A DNA stretch of 64,000 bases from Vicugna vicugna (Eukaryota), in assembly GCA_013265495.1 (NCBI GenBank), contig MU057640.1, forward strand, positions 2,133,405-2,197,404, given 5' to 3'. The position numbers and the translations under genes are program-made. Positions 25,218 to 39,246 of the stretch are shown one piece after another. The number at the start of each line of letters is the position of its first letter. Within the stretch, counting starts at the first letter, position 1. The notes under the pieces were generated by a model, which was not told the origin of the DNA, searched no databases, and worked only from the letters and a program-made list of their open reading frames with translations.

Positions 25218-28200
25218 CCTTGCTGGTCATTCCTTTGGGAAGTGGACCCGGGAAGTGGCTGTTACCTTCCTGGGGGAAACGTCCCCAAACCAAAGTATTT
25301 GATCCGTTTTTGGGTTTATTTCAAGGGGTGATGAAAGAGCTTGGATCTGTAGTGAGGGGATGTTTGACAGGATGTTTAACAACTGGTAGAGGCTGTAACC
25401 ACACTGAATAGGCACACGGTACTGTGCCTGGTCTGGGCTGTTCTGGCTGAGCATCAGGGCTGGATCCCGAGAGACAGTCCTAGGCTGGCATCCAGGCTCC
25501 GCCGGGGACTAGCCCAGGCCCTCGGGCAGGTTCCTTAATCTCCCCACGCCTCCTTCTTCTCCTGGGTTAAATGAAGATAATGATACCTATTTTGTAGGAA
25601 CTCTTGTGATGATAAAAATGAGATCGTGAACACATATTCCATGCCTCACCCAGTGCTGGGCACAAAAACCGATTCTCATAAATGCTAGTTCTTTAGGAAG
25701 TCACTGGTCAAACGTGGCTTCCCCAGAAACATGTCTGTCCATCAGAGGAAATTTCCATCTTGAATCTTACACACGGTGCAGGAAATAAAAGCTTAATTTA
25801 AAGCAAAATTTTAAGAATAGGTCAGATATATTTTGGAGGGTAATTTAGGGGGTCTTTCTTTTTTAGCATCTTGATTCTTTTTTTTTTTTTAGCATAACAT
25901 TATATTCGTTTCGGGTGTACAACATGAAGATGTGATCTTTCTATTTGTTGCAAAATGATGTGTGTCTCTCTATGCAGACCAGTGGGAATGTAGTGTGTGC
26001 CGCAAAACAATGGGCGTTTTTACTTACTAGGCTTCACGTCCAGGGCTGTGGTGACCCACCCAGTTTCACTTTTCCACAAAGGTGCCAGTTTTCCTCTCTG
26101 GGTACACTAATGCTTGCATTCTGAGTTCTGAAAACAACTTTCTTCTCTTGCTTTCCCTCTTTTTCTTTTTCTTTTTGGACATTTATGTTGCCTAGAAATT
26201 TTAGATGCTGAAGTGACTTTACGATAAATATACTCACAGAGGTTTTGTTTATGTTAACTATAACCTTAGCACAATCCTCGGGGTACAATTAGTAGGTCAG
26301 GGGGTGTGACTGTCTGCGTGGCCTTTGCCACAGAGCACAGAGAGCTTTCCCTCTGACAGAGGCTGTTTACTTAAAGCCCTGGGCCCTCCCAGATGCCTAG
26401 GAATCTTCATTTCAGAAATCATCTATCTTTGGCTTGTTTTTATTTTACTGGGTTGCAAGGGGTGGGGCAAAGAAGACAGCTGTAGGGGAGATGGGCAAAC
26501 CCCAGTTGGCACAAAGCGATGTCTATTTTCTAAAGAGCATGAAGAATTTAGGAGTAAGGCAGACCTGAAATTCTAAACCTGACTGCTGGTTATGTCTCTC
26601 TAAGACTCAGTTTCCCTGTCTTTAAAATAAAGATAGCAACTCTACTGACCTCATGGGTCTGTTCAGAGGATGAAGTGAGAAAATGGACCACAGTGTACTG
26701 GATGGGGTGCTTAGCCGACAGCAAGTGCTCCGTGGACACAGGCTGATTCAAAGATCAGCAAGAATGCTCCGCCCACAAACCTGAGCAGCAAGGGCAGAGC
26801 CCAGCCCCGATTTCTCATCTTTCTTTCATGGTCTCCAATGTACGGAAACTCATACTTGCCCCAAATGTTTCCCACACCGAGCTTTGATTTTGGGTTTAAC
26901 TTCCAGTTTTCCTTTCAAAAGTGTGTTTTCCTATTGAAGGGTGGGGGTGGGGGTTGGTGTACCGGAGAAAGTAGCTTTGCAGCCAGAAGAGGGACTTAGG
27001 GAAAGAATGGGGTGCGGTCCAGGAACTATTTCCCTCTTACTTATAGGTTAGACAGCCTCTGAGTCAACAGTTGGGTCCACCCCGTGCCGTCTGCATCCCC
27101 AAACTGCAGGCATGAGTGCTGCCTCCTGCCTGCTCCCACCCCCTCTCACCACAAGTGGATGTTTCACTGACAGCTTTATGGATGGGGTGGTGGACAGACC
27201 CAACATTGCTGGGCTCCCCCGGGGTCCTAATATTTTGGGAGCGCTAGGAGCTCTAAAAGCCAGCTGTGGCAGGAAAATGAATAGGCCTGTTTTCTGACTC
27301 GATGGGGCATGAGAGAGACTATGAGGGAAAAGGGAAATATTTTTAGCAGAGAAGTTGCTGGCCATTTTCAGTGCCTCTGAGTTAGCTGATCCGAGACAAC
27401 GTCCCCAGCACCAGTATTCACCTGGGCTCCTTGGGCGAAAGCAGCTCACCTCTCAGAGTCTGGGTTTTGCAGTGGGTGAAAATGGAGGTCATTATGGCTG
27501 CAAACCTTGAAGGCTTGCTGACAGGATGAGAAAAGTCAGTGTTTCCCAAGCTCCAGACACTGACATCTGATGAGAACCACCCCCAGGGTTTCTTATTAAA
27601 TCATCTGTGCAAACTTAGTGAACATGGAGATTCTCAGACCCCATGTCCAGCTCTGCAGCTTCCAAAGGCCTCGTGTGGAGCCCAGTAATCCACGGTTTTA
27701 ATAAGTCCCCAGTGGGCGCTGGCAGGTGGACGGCCTCACCTGACCTACTCCTTTACCTCCGAGCATTTTGGAAGTATGTTCCTCAAGGAACACCCAGTTG
27801 GTTAAACCATGAGAGCCTAGAACAGCCATGGGGAGCTCCAAGATTACCCTCAAGGGCAAACAGGTCCCAGAAGGCCACATCCTAGAGCCAAGAAACCTTC
27901 ACATGTAGGCAAACAATTGTTTTCATACAGTCAACATGGGACATTCTGGGTCATTTTCTTCCTAGTGATTAGAGACTTCTCACTGAAGAATAAGAGCCCA
28001 GGCCAACGAAGTGAAGAAACAGGGTCAAAGGCTGAGATGCTTCACGAAGAGCTCGGACATTCTTGCCCTGCTCTGGTAGGCAGTGTTCATCCATCCTCCC
28101 AGAACGGGAGTCAGGGTCTGAGCAGCTGGCTTTGACTAAGCATGCATGGGCCCCGCCGTGTTCTAAGCGTTAACTCATTTAATCTTGACAATAACCTGTA

Positions 28201-28765
28201 AGGTAGGTTCTAGTATTTTGCCCATTTTTCCGATGGCCCAAGGAAGTTCAGTTACTTGCCAAAGCTAGGAAGTGTCAGGGGAGGATTTGAAATGTGAGCC
28301 CTCTGTCACCTGAGACCATGCTCTTAAGCATTACCCACATGCCCTCCTAGGACGTCCAACTGCCTACAGTGAATTTTAGCTCAGCTCCTTCATTAGACAG
28401 CTTTGAGCATGCGTTCTGCTTCTTGGGAAGTGTAACTGTGGGACCTGGATGGTGCCAAACTGTGCTCACTATCTGTACACTTTATCTGTGTCCTTCTCAT
28501 CTGGAAGCTTCCTATCTAACTCTCCGGGACGCTCTACCCCTCTTGTTTCTCTGCCTTCAAAGAGAAAAACAAACAAACAAAACCAAGTGCAGAGTTTCCA
28601 CCAAGGCTTCTTTTTTTAAAGTTCTAAAACCACCTGCATCTCCAATTCCATTGAGAGTCGACTGCCACCCATTTAATAGGGCTTATACGGCACCTCTCTG
28701 GTTTCTTCCTGACACAACATCTACCTTCACTGGTGCTTGCAAGACTAACCCCAAAAATATTGTTT

Positions 28766-29560
28766 TTTAACTGAAATGTTTATTGAGATAATTTTAGATT
28801 CACAAACAGTTGTAAGAAGAAACACAGAGAGATCCCTTGTACCTTTTACCCAGTTTCCCCCAATGTTAACATTTTATAAAACTACAGTGTAATAAATATA
28901 TTGACTATAATATTGACACCAATACAATGCACAGCTCTTGTTCAGATTTTCCTAGCTTTATTTGTACTCATTTATGTGTGTACATTTGCGTGGGTTATAT
29001 ACCATTTATCACACAGGTAGCTGCTTCTATCTACTGCCAAAGGTAAGTTACAGAAGAGTTCCATCAAAGGATCCCTCCTCTTGGCTTTTTGTAACTACAT
29101 CCACATCCTCCTATATGCTCACCTCATCTTTCAGCCCTGACAACTACTAATCTGTTCTCCATTTCTCAAATGTTGTCATTTCAAAGTATTATATAAATGG
29201 AATCATACAGTATGAAATCTTTGGGAATTAGGTTTTTTTTTTTCACTCAGCATAACCTCGTTGAGATGCATCCACGTTGTTGCATGTATCAACAGTTCAT
29301 TCCCTTTTATCGCTGGGTAGTATTCCACAGTGTGGATGGACCACAGTTTGTTTAACTGCTCCTCTGTTGAAGGACATCTGGGCTATTTTCAGTGCTTGGT
29401 TATTATGAATAATGCCGTCATGAATAGTCACGGACAGCACTCAGTCTCTCTCACTGTTTAGTATGATGCCAGCTGTAAGCTTTTTTGTAGACGTTCTTTA
29501 TCAAGATCAGGTAATTTCTTTCTATCTCCAACTTGCTGAGAAATTACTATTTTTCTAATA
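28766..29560 (-). mobile_element. Old L1 (L1MC-like) 3' fragments
   Basis: ttattgagataattttagattcacaaacagttgtaagaa...atataaatggaatcatacagtatg...ttgaaggacatctgggctattttcag. Confidence 0.75.
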
Positions 29561-30253
29561 CTTGTGAAGTAGAGCACACCCTGCCTAATGGTAATGCTTT
29601 CACAGAACACGAATGGTGGCCTTTTTCTAAGGTACTATCATCGAGTGGACCCTTTTGTTTTCGAAAGAATAAAACTACTCAGTTCATGCCCATCACTGCA
29701 GCTATGTATGACACACGTCTTCTCTGTCTCCCGGAAAAGCATCTGTAGGGCATCTTTAAACCCCTACCCAGCAGAACCACATCATACTGGTTTGCACATA
29801 TTGTCTGCTCAATAAGTCGCCATACCAAACACTTGTATCGTGTTTTATGACTCACTTGACCTTCACAGTAACTCTGGGAAAATCGGTCTTATTAGTCCTG
29901 CTTCTAGAAGCTGAGCCTTAAAGAAGTTAAGCGATTTGCTAAGGCCATTTAACTTTTAGGGAAAAAGCCAGGATGGTCTATGCCCAAGTTCATGTTGGCT
30001 CCACTCCGGCAGAGCCGGTAGCAAAGAGACCTGGACTTATGGATCTCAAAGGGTCTTTTCCAAGTCTAAGGTGCTGAGGAGCTACAACAGCAGGCGTCTG
30101 GCTGACTCAGGGAGCCAGCACCCTTCAACCTTTTGTTCACACTAAGAGGGATTTAATGACACTGGAAAAATGTGTTTAGTGGAAAGTATGGGTGGAAAAA
30201 GAGAAAGTTCTGAAAAGTTTGCACAGTACAACCTGAATCTTGTGAAAAAGAAC

Positions 30254-30257
<4 letters not shown>

Positions 30258-30292
<35 letters not shown>
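30258..30292. repeat. (GT)n microsatellite
   Basis: Read directly. Confidence 0.95.
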
Positions 30293-30293
<1 letters not shown>

Positions 30294-33200
30294 AAGGTGA
30301 AGAATTTGTAACAGCAGACATCAGAGTCCCTCTTAGGAAAGAAATCAACTTTTTTAAGAAATACATTGATCACTTGTGATTTTTTTTTTAAAATCACCTC
30401 TGCCCATGATGTCTTCAGAGAGCTGGGATGGAACTTGGGAGGAGAGGTGCAGAAAAGCCTTCTGAAGGGTTTCCTGAGCAGAAAGCACCACCTGTTCAGG
30501 GAGCACCGACTTGGAGAGACCCAGGGTCATGAGAGGACCCTGGGGTGTTACAGTGGACGAGTGCCTGTAACAGGGGATTAAAAGGAGGATCCAAGGGATG
30601 TGACTGCTGGTGCTTTTACTCCCAGGATACCTGATCAATCAAGGGTCTTTCCTCGTCCGACACCAAGAAGGAAGCTCAGTAAGTTGGCAGCAGCATAAGG
30701 CACAAGAGAACAGGCAGAGCAGACCCGAGGCTGCCAGCCTGTCAGCCTCTCCCTCGATGTCTCCTCTCCCAGAGGCCTTGCCTTCCTCCATGTCCTCCTT
30801 TCCCGTCCCACCTGTAAGCTTGCTTGCTTGCAAAGCTCCCCAGGGAACCCAACTGATCACAGCATGTGTCTTATCTTCCTGGCAAATCCCTGTTCTCTGC
30901 TCTCAGGTTCTAAACTGGTCTCACCCGTAAGAGAGTCTAAGGTTCTTTCCCTGCTAGTTCAGTTCAAAGAACAGGTCAGGGAATCCTGGGGCAGAGGCTG
31001 GAACGTGGCAGAGAACAGACACTGTCTAACTGAGGCTTTATTCGCTTGCACAATCTCTGGCCAGAGACAGGTTTGCCCAGAACCCAGCAGTTTCTAAATG
31101 TTCCCTGGACCAACTTGTATCCTGAGAAGCTGGAAGTAGGCACAGACCCCGGGTCCCAGAGGCCCTTGGTTCTGCTGGAGCTCAGCTGCCCTTCGGAGGA
31201 AGCCTGAGGGGTTACTTGTTCGTCCAGCCTGTGGCAGGCCCACATAGGAGACACCCACACCAAAAGTGGTTGGTTCACGCTTTGCTCACCTCCCCTGCAC
31301 TGTAGCCACTTAGAAAGCTGAAACTTGCCCTGACCCCTCTTTTGCTTACTTGCTTCTTTTATTCCCCCATAGCTTCCTTTGCTGAGTCCTTTTTCCTCCC
31401 CTCTTGCACACTTTCCTGCATAGTACCTGCGTAGTAGGAGCTAGATTTACAAATAGGCATCATCTATTAAGCATCTGTTACGTGCCAGGCACTGGACTAG
31501 GCTTGTGTGCGTGTATCCTTTAATTTCAATCACCATCACAATCCTGTGTGGTGCATTATCAATACTCCCACGCTATAATGGAAACAGAAGCTTGTCAAGA
31601 TTGGGACCTTCCCAAGGTTAACAGAGGAGTGGATGGGAAGTCAAGTTTCAAACCCAGACTCTTATACTAAGTAAAGTTCTCTCCCCATTAGGCCACGTTG
31701 CCCTACAGGTTTTCTGGGGTCTAGGTCTGCTGCCCGTCTGTTCCTCTGTGTTCTCTCTCTTCCCTCCCATCTTCATTGGCACACACATGGATATAGCCCC
31801 CCTCTCTCTCTAGGGATCAGGGGAGCCCTAAAGTTGCAGTGTCCCAGTGGCATCTACAACCTGTGGTTCAGGTCCGTTGGAGAAAGGAGCTCAGCTCTGA
31901 CTCTGCATGAGCAAGAGGCCCAGAATCACATCCCCAAATGCTCTGATCTGGTCCAGACTCCTCAGGGCTCTCCGGTCTTGGACTAAGGGTGGTGACCCTC
32001 TGAGACGCTGTCGCTTAGCCAGCAACTGTTCCCCGAAACCCTTGGCCTTGCCAGTTCATTTCTTAAAAGCCTTTTTGTTTTTTGGTTTTTTTCCCTCCAC
32101 CAGCATTCCTGGCCTAATGTAGCTAGTTTTTCCAGATTTCTTATGGCAAATGACTGCCTGCTTAGAATCAAAGTCTGAATATTGGAACAATCGGAGAAGG
32201 CAGAGCAGCAACAGGTCATATCTGGGGTCATCAGTTTAGACTGCAGTTTAGACTTTATATAGACCTCCACCCCCTACTCTGGTTTGTCTCAGAGACCCTC
32301 TGTCTGACTCTATCATCCCGGGAGGCTGCAGGTTCCTTTATTTCAGTTCACCCCCAGTTTTGCAAAGTTACGTTGGAAATCTTAGTTGAGATCTTTTATG
32401 ATTATTTGTCAGCACATGTCAGTGAACTGGAACAAAAGAGAGCTTGCTTCCTGTTTCCTTCCTAAATTTGGCTGTTTCCAAGAGAGAGGCCGAGGGGGGA
32501 CGGGAGCTAGCAGGGCTTCAGAATCCCAGATAGTTCAATGCTTCTGAAAGCAGACTTGGAGGGCATCTGGCCCAGGCCCCACTGTTTACAGACAGGGAAA
32601 CTGAGGCTCAGAGCGATGGGACTTTTCCAAAGTCACAGGGCAAGTTAGATGGACTAGAACCCTGATTCCCCCAGCCCCAGGACGTGGTTTGAGGAGAACA
32701 CAGTGGATTTCAGATTTGGGCTGTGAAGAGCTGTGGCCAGCATCCAATAAAGATTTGATGAGTGACACCACCAAGCACGTGTGTTGTACACATCATACAC
32801 TAAAACTGTTTTAACCCATTAGGTGAATATCTTAAGTGCTCCAAAACAGCTTATTTTTTTATGGCATTGTAACATATCTACCAAAGGTATATTCTAAATA
32901 AACTTAGTAGTAACCTGGCTACAACTGACACAAAGATGCTTAAGTAAAAATTATGTGTAGGAGGTAGGTTTCCTTTAGAAATTGGCAGGAGAAAGATTAT
33001 ATTATTGCTTTAGATTAAAGCTTTCTTTGTATATCATATATTCAGGGAGCTATTTTGCTAAACAGTTTTGACAATATAGAAATAAAATTCTGAATTACTG
33101 AAAAATTCCCTGGGAGGAAGGTACATCGTGTACATAATTATAAGAGTATATCAGTATGAAATCTGGGAATATATTTGTAAACCATTTATGAGATTACAAA

Positions 33201-33880
33201 TAGAATATATTAAATATTGCATGTATTTAAATAAATTTATGCTGAACTGAAAAAAAAATTGATGAATGAGTGAGCTTCCTTCTGGATACTGGGGCTTCTG
33301 TGTCTGAGCTACTGATGGACAGGATTTCCTAGACTCTGGGGCCAACAAGAATCTCGGACATAGGGCACCCACACAGTCCCCTCCTCGACACCAGAGGCAC
33401 ATCACTAATGCTCTGGATCAGTCTGTATCGCTAGCTCTGATCCAACTTTCTTCCTTGTGTCACCAGCAGATTTAAACTGTCACTCACATGCTAACAAGTC
33501 CACATGGGTGGCCCCCTGCTGGGGGTCCCATGCAGCCAGGATATAACCCTGTGTGTGGACTGGGGTGGTGGGCACTGCTGAAACGACGTCATATTATGGG
33601 ATATTAACAGAAAGTTTGGGACTTGGGATAATTTTGCTTGACATCTTTGGTGCTACTTTCTGCGAGATGAGCCAAGACACAGGTCATATCTAGGATGGTG
33701 TTAAAAATCATGTGTAGGAGGCAGGTTTCCTTTAGGAAAATAAAAGACGAAAGCAAAACTACCTGTAATTTTTCTACACAGATAATCTTGTCATTGTTTT
33801 CCCTAAAATATAAAAGTAATAATGCAGGCTATGAGAAAAAAATCCAACACTACAGAAAGATTTAGGATAAGAAGTTAAAG

Positions 33881-34375
33881 AAAGACATGGAGGAAACTTA
33901 AATGCATATGACTAAGTAAAAGAAGCCAGTTTGAAAAGGCTACATGCTGTATGATTCCAACTGTATGACATTCTGGAAAAGTCAAACTATAGAGACAGTA
34001 AAAACATCAGTGGTTGCCAGGCGTTGGGGGGTTAGAGATGAAGAAGCAGAGGACAGAGGACTTTTAGGGCCGTGAAAGCACTCTATATGGTACCAGAGTG
34101 ATGGACACATGTCATTATACATCTGACTAAACCCATCGAATCTACAGCACAAGAGGGAACCCTAAGGTAAATGATGGCCATTCAGTGATCATGATGTGTC
34201 AGTATAGGTTCACCAACTGTAACATATGTACCACTCTGGTGGGGGATTTGATAATGCGGGAGGCTGTGCACGTGTGGGAGCAGGAAGTAGATGAGAAATC
34301 TCTGTACATTTCCCACGAATTGCTATGAACCTGAAATTGCTCTAAAAACAATGAAGTCTTAATAACTGAAAAAAA
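33881..34375 (+). mobile_element. L1MC-like 3' end with TSD
   Basis: agacatggaggaaacttaaatgcata...tatgattccaactgtatgacattctggaaaa...ctgtacatttcc. TSD aagttaaag at 33872-33880 and 34376-34384. Confidence 0.8.
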
Positions 34376-37300
34376 AAGTTAAAGCCTCTCCCCACACCAG
34401 TCCCTTATTCAAGTGACGTTAACAGCTTCACTTGCATCATTTCAGATAATCTAGAAAGCATGTATGTTTATGCTAGTTTATATCCTCTTTTTTCCTTTAC
34501 ACAAAGCAAATAAACACTGTTCTGCATTTTGCCTTTTCATGTAATAACAGATTTTAGAGGCTGGTTTATATTAGTACACACAGAACTATCCCATTCTGGG
34601 TAACAGTCACCAAGTTCAGAAAGAATGGCGTGGAGAATTGTTCTTTTTAGAGCTTAGAAGGACATTAGAGATCCTGGAATCCATCCCTCGGTTTTTATCA
34701 ATCAGAAAAGCACAGCCCATGAGGTAAAATTTCTGGACCTGAAGCAGCTGGTGACTTAGAGACAGAATTTACATCACTCCTCACCAAGTAGGGTTCCTGC
34801 TGTGTTCTTGATGGGCAGGTCCGAAGGCAAGTGGGGCATCTCGCCTTCAAAGAACATCCCTCACATTCTCATCAGAAATACTTTTTTTTTTTAATTAGCA
34901 AGTGCGTTTTTTTTGGACTATGAAGCAACCTGCATTCGGGGGACCGTTTTAGTGTGTGTTTGAAACGCAATGGGAGATTCAGGTTGGATAGATATTTAAT
35001 ACAGAAGCTATGCCTCAGGAGAGTTTTTTCTAGGAAGTAGACACTACCCAAGTATCCCTTTTATCTTAAAATTGTTAGAATTAGAGGTGAGAATTTCCTT
35101 CGCTGGGCAGTTTCCACTTCTTATTTCCATTCTTTCTTTTTTCCCTCCTAAACATCCGTGTCCACTTCAAAGGATAATTTACACTTCTGATAGTTTGTAG
35201 TTTACAAAGTACATTCATACATCATCTTCCTGCTCCTCACCCTTACCCTGTGACTCAGGCTACCCATTTAATAAGTGAGGAAGCTCAAGATCAGAGGTCT
35301 CGTGACCAGATTAAATCCATATATGTGGCGAATGTGCCACCAGCTGACATGCGAGTTTCCCTCAGTTCCGGTCCCACTAGACACAGGGCCAGCTGGTCTG
35401 TTTAGTGCTGGGCTTGGGGGGGTCAGGGGGAGGTTTGTTTTTATTTCTTGAGAGATGAGGTTTTGGCCCACAAAGTAAAAACTTATCGGCCAGCCATAAA
35501 AACACAAACTGAAAAATGAATATTACTTTACAGGATGTTAGGAGCGCCAATGCTCTGCGCCACAGGGAATAATACTGTGTCCAATCTCATTTAGCATTTC
35601 AACTGAAACGTATTTTAAAATGATGGTATCATCACTCTCGTGACATTAAAACTGACCAGGTCTGGAGAAATGCATTCCAAGTCCAGACATTATTCTTCCA
35701 GTGGGTCATTTCCCCTCATTGTGTCCACAAAGTGGTCACTGAATCAGCAGTGGCTGGAATGAATTCCTACTCTTAACACTTTCATTTAAATTTCTAAAGA
35801 CCTCTTAACTGGGAGCAAGGGGGATACAAAAGAGGAGGAGGTATGGGCGGGGCTTCTGCAGGCCTCTGGCTTATTAAAAATTATGACTCACCAGCTCCTC
35901 ACTCCTCTGTCCATACAAATTCAGGTCACCTCCCCAGTGACAGAGAACGTGGTTACAGAACACAGGACACTTTCCCCTTGATCTCCCAGGATGGCCATGG
36001 AATGGGAATTCTAATCACACGAGGCACCATCATGGTAAAAGGAATGTTTAATTCACAGAAGACAAGACTGGAGGATGAGCAAGCGAGTTGCTCTGAAAGT
36101 GTCAAGGCTTGTCCCTGTTGCAGTGATGAGATGTATTCTCTGTTGCTTCAAAGGGTAGATAGAATATGGGTGGATCAATAGAAGTTTCATGGAGGCAAAT
36201 TTTCGCACCTAAAGAAGAAACTCCTGGAGTTGGAGGGTGCAGGGCGAATGGTTAGGACTACAGGCTTTGGAATTACAGATCTGGCAGATGAGAAATCCCA
36301 GTTTGCCACCTCCAACTATGTGACCATGGACAAGTGACTTAACTGTTACAAGTCTGGGTTTTCTGTTTCACAGAGTTATATAGATACATATGTAATTTCA
36401 TGAAAAGCAGGGACCTTGTCCTTTATGACCTTTTATTTACTCCTGTGTTTTACTCAGCCATCAAGTCCAGCGTCTAGCACATATTAGTTGCTCAATCAGT
36501 ATTTGTGGATTGATTGAATTTATTAGATCCTTAGTATGAGACTAATGCCGGAATAAGCATTTTCATTCATTTCAGACACATTCATGGAACATCTACTGGG
36601 AACCAGGAACTGAGCTCATCATGGTAGCCTTTACTGCCACTATTGTTACTGTTATTATTATTGTCGTTGTTGTTTTGTGGTGGTGGTTGTTAAATGAGCC
36701 ACTAAGGTAGAGGTGAATATCCCTGTTGTTGGAAGTGCCTAAGCTCATGTTGAATGACAGGCTGATAATGTTGGCAAGGAAATTCATGCACCTTTGTAAG
36801 GTTTGGGGTCATGTTCAAATCTGGAATCATAATTCTGATTTTGCATAACTCTTGAGCTAGCTCGTTAGCACCACTTCTTTAGCACTTTTGCTCTTTATAT
36901 ACAGACACACTGTGGAAGGGAAACCTTTGCCCCTCTGGCTTCCTGTGTGTAAACCTGGTCTGTAATTTGAGTGTGCTTTTGAAGTCCTTTTGGCAGAAAG
37001 AGAAGAGAGGGTCCACTTGGATACATTTCAACCAAATTCTTCTACTTCAAGTCAACCCTCCTTGGCACTACACATCCTGCTTCCTTTTAAAAAATATTTG
37101 GGAACTGTTGGTATTGAGTCCTACCAGACATGGCATCATTTCACTGCTGATCTGAAAATGTGTATGTATGTATAAAAGGAAGATAATGAGCTTTACATTG
37201 CTAATGAAATTTCAAGGCCATATGCATACCACAGAGAAGACTCATCTTTAATCATCTGTACTATTATCTTTGGCTATTTTTCATGTCTGGTAGTGTTGTC

Positions 37301-38228
37301 GATGCTAGAGCTTGTGGTTGCTGCTATGTAATTGGGAATGAACCACACCAATCACCTTGGTGAAAATGGCAAACTCTGTTCCCAGCATGGGCATCTGCTC
37401 TCCCAAAGCCAAATACCTGGGAATTGGGAAATTGCTGGTTGGTTGGTTGAAACATTTTGGTTTTCATCCTAGCTGTCTGGAGGAGACATAACCTGGTGGT
37501 GAAAGAGAACAGCTGGAAGGAGAGAAGGTCCCAACCGGAGGTCACTCACAGCCCAGGAAGCTCTGGGAACAGCTTTTGGCTGTTCTGCATCTTGGCCTTC
37601 CTGTCCATACTACAGCCAAGTCCCCTTGCCTTGGATGGGGCATTCTCACGTATTTTGGCTGTAGGGACTCTCACTTCAAGATGTCCTTAAGAGTTTCTGG
37701 TTACAAGCCACCCAACTCATTACTTTTATAGGTAAACTAAGGAACTTCAGAATCCACTTTAGAAACTCAGCCCAAAGTCTACATTCGGAATGTTCTTTCC
37801 TTGAAAGCATTCTACAAATTTCAACTCTCATATCCTTTCTTGGAAGATGATCTTAAAAGCCACATTTACAGGCTTAAGATTTATTGGCCAAGGTGTTGCC
37901 TGAGGAACAGCCTCAGATTCACAATGACTGGGCCAGTCAAGCTTTCCCATTCAGATGGCAGGATCTTGGCTGAGCATCTTAGCGTGAAGCCCCTCTTCTT
38001 TCCTTTGCTAATTCCTATCCCAACAACTCATCTTCTGGCTACCAGCTTACTGTTTGTCTCTAGCTCCTGATCTCCCTTTACTACTGAGATCTTGCGTTTG
38101 TAACTTATCCATCTTCATGCTTCGTTCTTTGGTTCCACACCAACTTCTCTGGGGTATCTTTTGTCTTAGAATCTGCCTCAGAGTCTATATCTAATATATA
38201 CACCCAGTCATCTTCTGGTGTCCCATTG

Positions 38229-39246
38229 ATGGGGCAGCTTCAAGGGTGGGTGACTTGTGTAGTCACATAGGACCCATGCTTAGAAGGGCCTTGTATTTGG
38301 TTTAATGCTCTGCTGTTGACTTCTTGAAATTCTTAATAGTTTTATCTTCGAAATTGTGTTTTATAAGTGAAGACTAATGGGATGACAGAGTGCAAACATG
38401 AGCAGAAGAGAGGCACGGCCATGCTTTGCAGCCCCAAATAGCATACAGCACTCATGATGGCCCACGAGCACAGAATTCCAGTGGGTCCACAACGCAGGAG
38501 AGTTCAGCAAGACCCAACTCAAGTACAAGGTAGGAATGTCAGGTCTGTAACTAAGTAAGCGCACATGCTGACAGCCCCCAAAAGGCCAGGCTTTCCCTTC
38601 AACCCAGAAATTGCTTCAAAAGCAGAAAGCAAGCAGTAGTGTTCTACGAAACACAAAAACCCTAAAATTCCATCATATTCTTTCTTACTTAAGTTACTTC
38701 CCCGTACTAGGCAAGCACTTATGCTGAGAACAATGACAGAGAAGGAAGAGCAGGGTAAGAGTAAGGAAAAGCCCATCTTCCTCTCCTTACTCATCAGAAA
38801 GCCAAGAATGGGAGAAAGCACATATTAAACTACACATGTAAAAAGTGAAGTGAAAGCCGTTGCATTCGTATCGTCAGCATTTTCCCTGTTCTAGTAAGAA
38901 TAAACAACGTATGCGCATATAAGCTACAAAACGTGAATTGCATGATTTGTACATGATTTCATATACAAGTTAAGTGCTCTTATATTTCCATTTAAAACTG
39001 GCACTGCACACTATAAAGAGGAAGAGTAAAATTCACGGCAATAATTAAAAATTTTAATTTTCTTGTCATGACATTAAGTAGCAAATACAAACACCATGTC
39101 AGGTCGAGAGAGAGAGAAGCCATGAAAGAAAAGGAAAAAACTTTCTCTCTTAAGACCTTTAAATGACAATTTCCCTCTGCTTTTTGAACAAGGAGACTCA
39201 CATTTTCATTTTGCACTGGGCCCCCCAAATTATGCAGCTGGCCCCG
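38229..39246. mobile_element. MER45B-like hAT-Tip100 non-autonomous DNA transposon, near full length
   Basis: Ends ggggcagcttc...gtcacatagg...ttggtttaatgctctgctg and ttttgcactgggccccccaaattatgcagctggccccg. About 1 kb with degenerate TIRs. Confidence 0.75.
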
